The notes under the pieces are model-generated. The model was not told the origin of the DNA. It worked only from the letters and a program-made list of their open reading frames with translations, and did no database searches. Source: Macrostomum lignano (taxonomy: Eukaryota). Taken from it: a DNA stretch of 64,000 nt. Location: assembly GCA_002269645.1 (NCBI GenBank), contig NIVC01001151.1, positions 266,204-330,203 on the forward strand. Direction: 5' to 3'. The translations under genes and the position numbers were made by a program. Shown one piece after another: positions 60,245 to 64,000 of the stretch (positions within the stretch are counted from its first letter, which is position 1; every line of letters starts with the position of its first letter).

Positions 60245-60405
60245 CGGCAGTCAATTTGTATCAGTCACTTTCTGATAATCAGTTTGTGATATTCAGTTTG
60301 TGACAGTCAATTTGTGACAGTCAATTTGTGACAGTCAATTTGTGACAGTCAATTTGTGGCAGTCAATTTGTGACAGTCAATTTGTGACAGTCAGTTTGTG
60401 ACAGT
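60245..60405. repeat. 14-bp minisatellite (TGACAGTCAATTTG)n
   Basis: Direct inspection. Confidence 0.88.
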
Positions 60406-61104
60406 GACCCGTCAGACAAAGAACAGGGCCAGTCAACCCAGACAGATTGAAATTTCTATTCAGGGTAACGGGCTTCAATAACTCAGACTGGATAAACACA
60501 CAGAGAGCGCAAAGGCAGTCTCTGGACACTGAACTCTATTGCTCAAATTTAAGATGACTGTATTCTTTAAATTTGTAATAATTTTTGTAATAGCAGAAGG
60601 TAAAAACATCATCTTATAAAGGCTTGAAATGTCAATTTTCTCTGTCTCGCCAATGCGTACTTATATTTCATGTACATGTATTCTGAGTGGCAATTGAAGG
60701 CTTTAACACGTCACTCCATTTCTTATTGACAGTCGCGTAATGGAAGCAATTAAAGTCTGAAATGTCAACGAGATCAATAAAAAGTTGACATTACTTTGTT
60801 TGAACTGTCATGCTGTCAGACTTGCCATTTTAAATTTCTTTTTTTCAATGCTAAAGGCTTGGCCTTAGAAAGATAGCTGCTTTAGCTTAAATTCTTAAGC
60901 GTCGTATATAAACAGTCGTCGATATTTTGAGTCAGTATATTTATAAAGAAAAATTTAACAGAAACATATTCACACAAAAGCGCATCAATGTACTTCAATA
61001 TTTAATAAAAAATATATATTTTTAATAAGCATACCTACCTTTGCCTTACCTTTGTGAGACAGCGGGTTGAAATAATGATAAAGTCACCCAGAGGGAATGC
61101 TCAC

Positions 61105-63447
61105 CGGAGTCGCAGGCGGCCTCGAAGCTGCTCACCAGCCCGACACCGTCAGCCTCCGCCAGTCGCAGCGTCGCCACGCCGACTGCCGACTCCGCTGCCA
61201 GAAGGCCTGCCGCGCCATGCCGCAGCTCGAGTCTCCCGCAGCAGGACGTCGCGTGCGGCTGCGCCAGGCTGAAGGTCGCTCGCTGACGCTCCGCCTCGGC
61301 GTCGGCACCGCCGCCGCTCGTCGGGCGAAACAGCGCCGCGGTGTCGTTGGCTCCGGTCGGCAGGATGCTCAGGAACCAGCCGGGAGCTGCCGCAGCTTCG
61401 AAGGACGCCGCCGACCGCCGGCGGAAGGCGGCCGCGCCAGCCGGGCTCAGAGCCGGTCGCTGCAGCAGCCTCAGGGGCAGCCAGTCGGTTGCTAACGCGT
61501 TCGGCGTAGCCATGGCAACCGGGACTGAGCTGCCGGTCGCGGCTGTGGACCAGTGCAGAAGTCGGCGGGTACCGCTGGATGTGTTCGGCTTGGCCTCCCA
61601 GAGCTCGAAGGCCTCGCCGCCGCCGCACAGAGTGGGAGCTGGGAGTGGAACGGGATTTTGAATTGCGGTTACCAGCTGTGCTAGAATAAAGGTTTCACAT
61701 TGAGAGAAGTCAAGTTAGCTGATATTCATACTCATAATTGTATTTTAAAGGCGTCAAGTAGCTGTCTGCGGTAAATCCGGCTGACTCTTGCGCTACGCGA
61801 CCCCCAGACTTATTTATTGCGCGCCCGCCTTCATTTGGGGCTTGTGTGCACGGATATTGGCCAGGTGGGGTGCGATTCACAGCCAAGAGGGCCAACAGCC
61901 GTTCTGTAGTTGTTATTATTATCGGACTTTAAGCGTCACTAAAAACTAATCCTCACCAACTGAAGCTGCGAACACCTGAATCTCGCAGATGGACAGCTGC
62001 GACGTCCCGTCAATGGTCATCCGAACCATCTGACCAGTCCGGTCCTTGAGATGCACTCGCTGTTGAACTTGGCCAACTTTGTTGCCTCTAAATGACACGT
62101 TTGCCAGAGCAGTGCCGTTGGACGATGCGTCTTGCACTCCGTAAAACTGCAAACTGGTTTCAGCATTGGACGCTGCCTGAACAGCCAGAATGACTGAGGC
62201 TTCGTGCAACTGCACCGGACGCAGAAAGTCCACGAGAAGCCACGCGGTGGAGTCATTGGATGTTGCGATCGGCGAGTTGAAGCAGTTGCTGAGTTTGGCA
62301 TCGACTGACAACTCAGTGCTGACTGCAGAACTGGCGGCGGTCGGCATGCCCTCCGACACGAGTGGAACTGCAAGTGGCGACAAGTGGCGATTGCTAAGCA
62401 AGCTCTAATCTATGCGAAAAAATCCATACGCAAAGCACTCACAGACGTCCCAGCCGAAGACCTCGACTCGCACAGGTTCATGATCAGCTGATTGGAAGCC
62501 AGACCCGTGACGTTCTTCTGCAGCACGATGAACCGTCCAACGAGCAGGATGTCCGAAAACGGTACTACCTGAGGACTCAGACTCGCCGGACCAGCGTAGT
62601 AATTCACCTGTGCGAACTGGCTCGGCGACCAGGTGACCCACGACTGCGGATCCGATCCCACACCGAGAGTCACCTGTCGGAACCGAGTGTAGCAGCAGTC
62701 CTGACGGTTGTACACGTCCACTCGGTCGATGAGGAAGTCGCGCAGCAGGTCGATCATGAACCAGGGCGTCGGGTCGGAAGCGAAGGTCTCAGCGCACGAG
62801 CCGGAGCTCCATCTTCCATTGTGGTTTCCGTCCACCAGGGAGGACGCGTACAGCCCGGCGTAGTTGATGGTGGAGAAGCGGGCCGGCTGGCCGCGAGACC
62901 GCAGGGACGAAGCGGCTGAAAAAGCAGAGCTTTCAGAAAGTTAAACAACAATGACAGCTCACAGCTCCACAGAGGAGGTCCTCAGCCGACTCACCAGTGC
63001 TGCAGTTCACGGTGAAGCTCAGCTCGGCCGCTGTCAGTCCCACAGCCGACCCGCCTGCTCAGTGGAGTTCGGCGACAAAAGTCCGACGAAAATCCCGGCC
63101 GCAGGACGCTCTCAAAGCTGACACCGCCGTCTGCTCCGGACAGTCGAGTCCGAAAGCTGGCCGCAGTCAGCTGTGCCGCCGATGTGAGCGGAGTCGCGTC
63201 GAGTCTCGAGCCGTTGCCGGCCGTCAGGAACAGAGTCGGAGCGCCGTCGGACAACAGGAGAGCCAGATGTCCGGCCGAGCTGGCAGGAGGTTCACCGCTT
63301 CGAACATCGCCGATCGGACGCCACGGAGCGGCACCGAGGGTCGCGGAAAGCCGACGAGGCTTTCGGTGGAGGCGTCGAGACAGAGTTGAGCAGCTGGAGT
63401 CAGCTGAGCAGCGAGACTGAGCTGCTCATTGGGACACAGCGGTAGAC
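61105..63447 (-). CDS. Lectin-like gene copy 3 (inverted): AbfB-like, F-type lectin, degenerate F-type, second AbfB-like domain; signal exon presumably beyond the window end
   Basis: Exons 63447-62995, 62915-62443, 62367-61957 and 61638-61105 with phase-1 introns. The fourth is open (AASFEAAAAPGWFL, ERQRATFSL). The first two carry single-base indels relative to copy 2 (error or decay). Confidence 0.75.
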
Positions 63448-64000
63448 CTGCATTCCAAGTTGATGGGCTTTGCAGTCAGAGTAAATTATTATGCTAATCT
63501 ATTTGTGAAAATTTTACGATAGACTGGTGCTTGTAAAAGTGTGTGAATGGGCCTTTCGCTTGGCGTGCGATGCACCCCCATCTGCACAGAGTGAATTTAT
63601 GATTATGGTGATAGGAAAGTCAGGGCTGTCGTATGCACTGCAGTTAGCTAGCTCAATTTCTACAAATGCAACCAAAATACAAAAATCTGGCGAACTTTTT
63701 TAGGCACTGGCATACAAAAAAATTCGCCTGGAACCGAGCAAGGAAGATGGGGGCCCGGTTCCTCCGCGGGGGGCTCGGCAGGGTCACAGGCACGTAGCAA
63801 AGCAGCAACAACAATCGCAGCGATTTTCTTTGAATTAAAAACTAGAGGCCGATTGTCGTTTCGAGCAGAGCAGCCCCCCCCCCTATTCATTTGATGCAGC
63901 CAGCATGACTAGCAATTTTTCTGATGGATTGCACGGTACACAGAGATGGCTGATCAATTCAATAGAAATATCTTCCCTTCTGGGAAACTACTCTAAATTC
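61935..64000 (-). repeat. Right arm of the inverted duplication (runs off the window)
   Basis: Near-identical reverse complement of 55425-57495. Confidence 0.95.

Overview
Eukaryotic (animal) genomic DNA with spliceosomal GT-AG introns, GC3-rich exons and very dense mini/microsatellites. The style resembles a flatworm such as Macrostomum (inference only). Genes reconstructed by hand with phase-consistent splice sites: an intronless class A peptide-type GPCR (-); a 7-exon TMEM184-family gene (-); a 3-exon gene with an atypical, non-conjugatable SUMO-like domain (+); a 15-exon DNAI4/WDR78 dynein intermediate chain (+) with an antisense paraxis/scleraxis-type bHLH gene inside an intron; and a cluster of intact, broken and inverted copies of a secreted modular lectin-like gene (signal peptide, AbfB/CBM42-like beta-trefoil, F-type lectin, degenerate F-type domain, second AbfB-like domain). 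Mobile DNA: three copies of a tRNA-derived CORE-SINE, two hAT MITEs with perfect 8-bp TSDs, a solo LTR with a 4-bp TSD, a decayed Gypsy RNase H fragment and a 5'-truncated RNase H-bearing LINE. Most long ORFs in the supplied track are artefacts of tandem repeats. No CRISPR, rRNA or true tRNA genes were found. All family assignments come from motif recognition by eye; no searches were run, and repeat boundaries are approximate.
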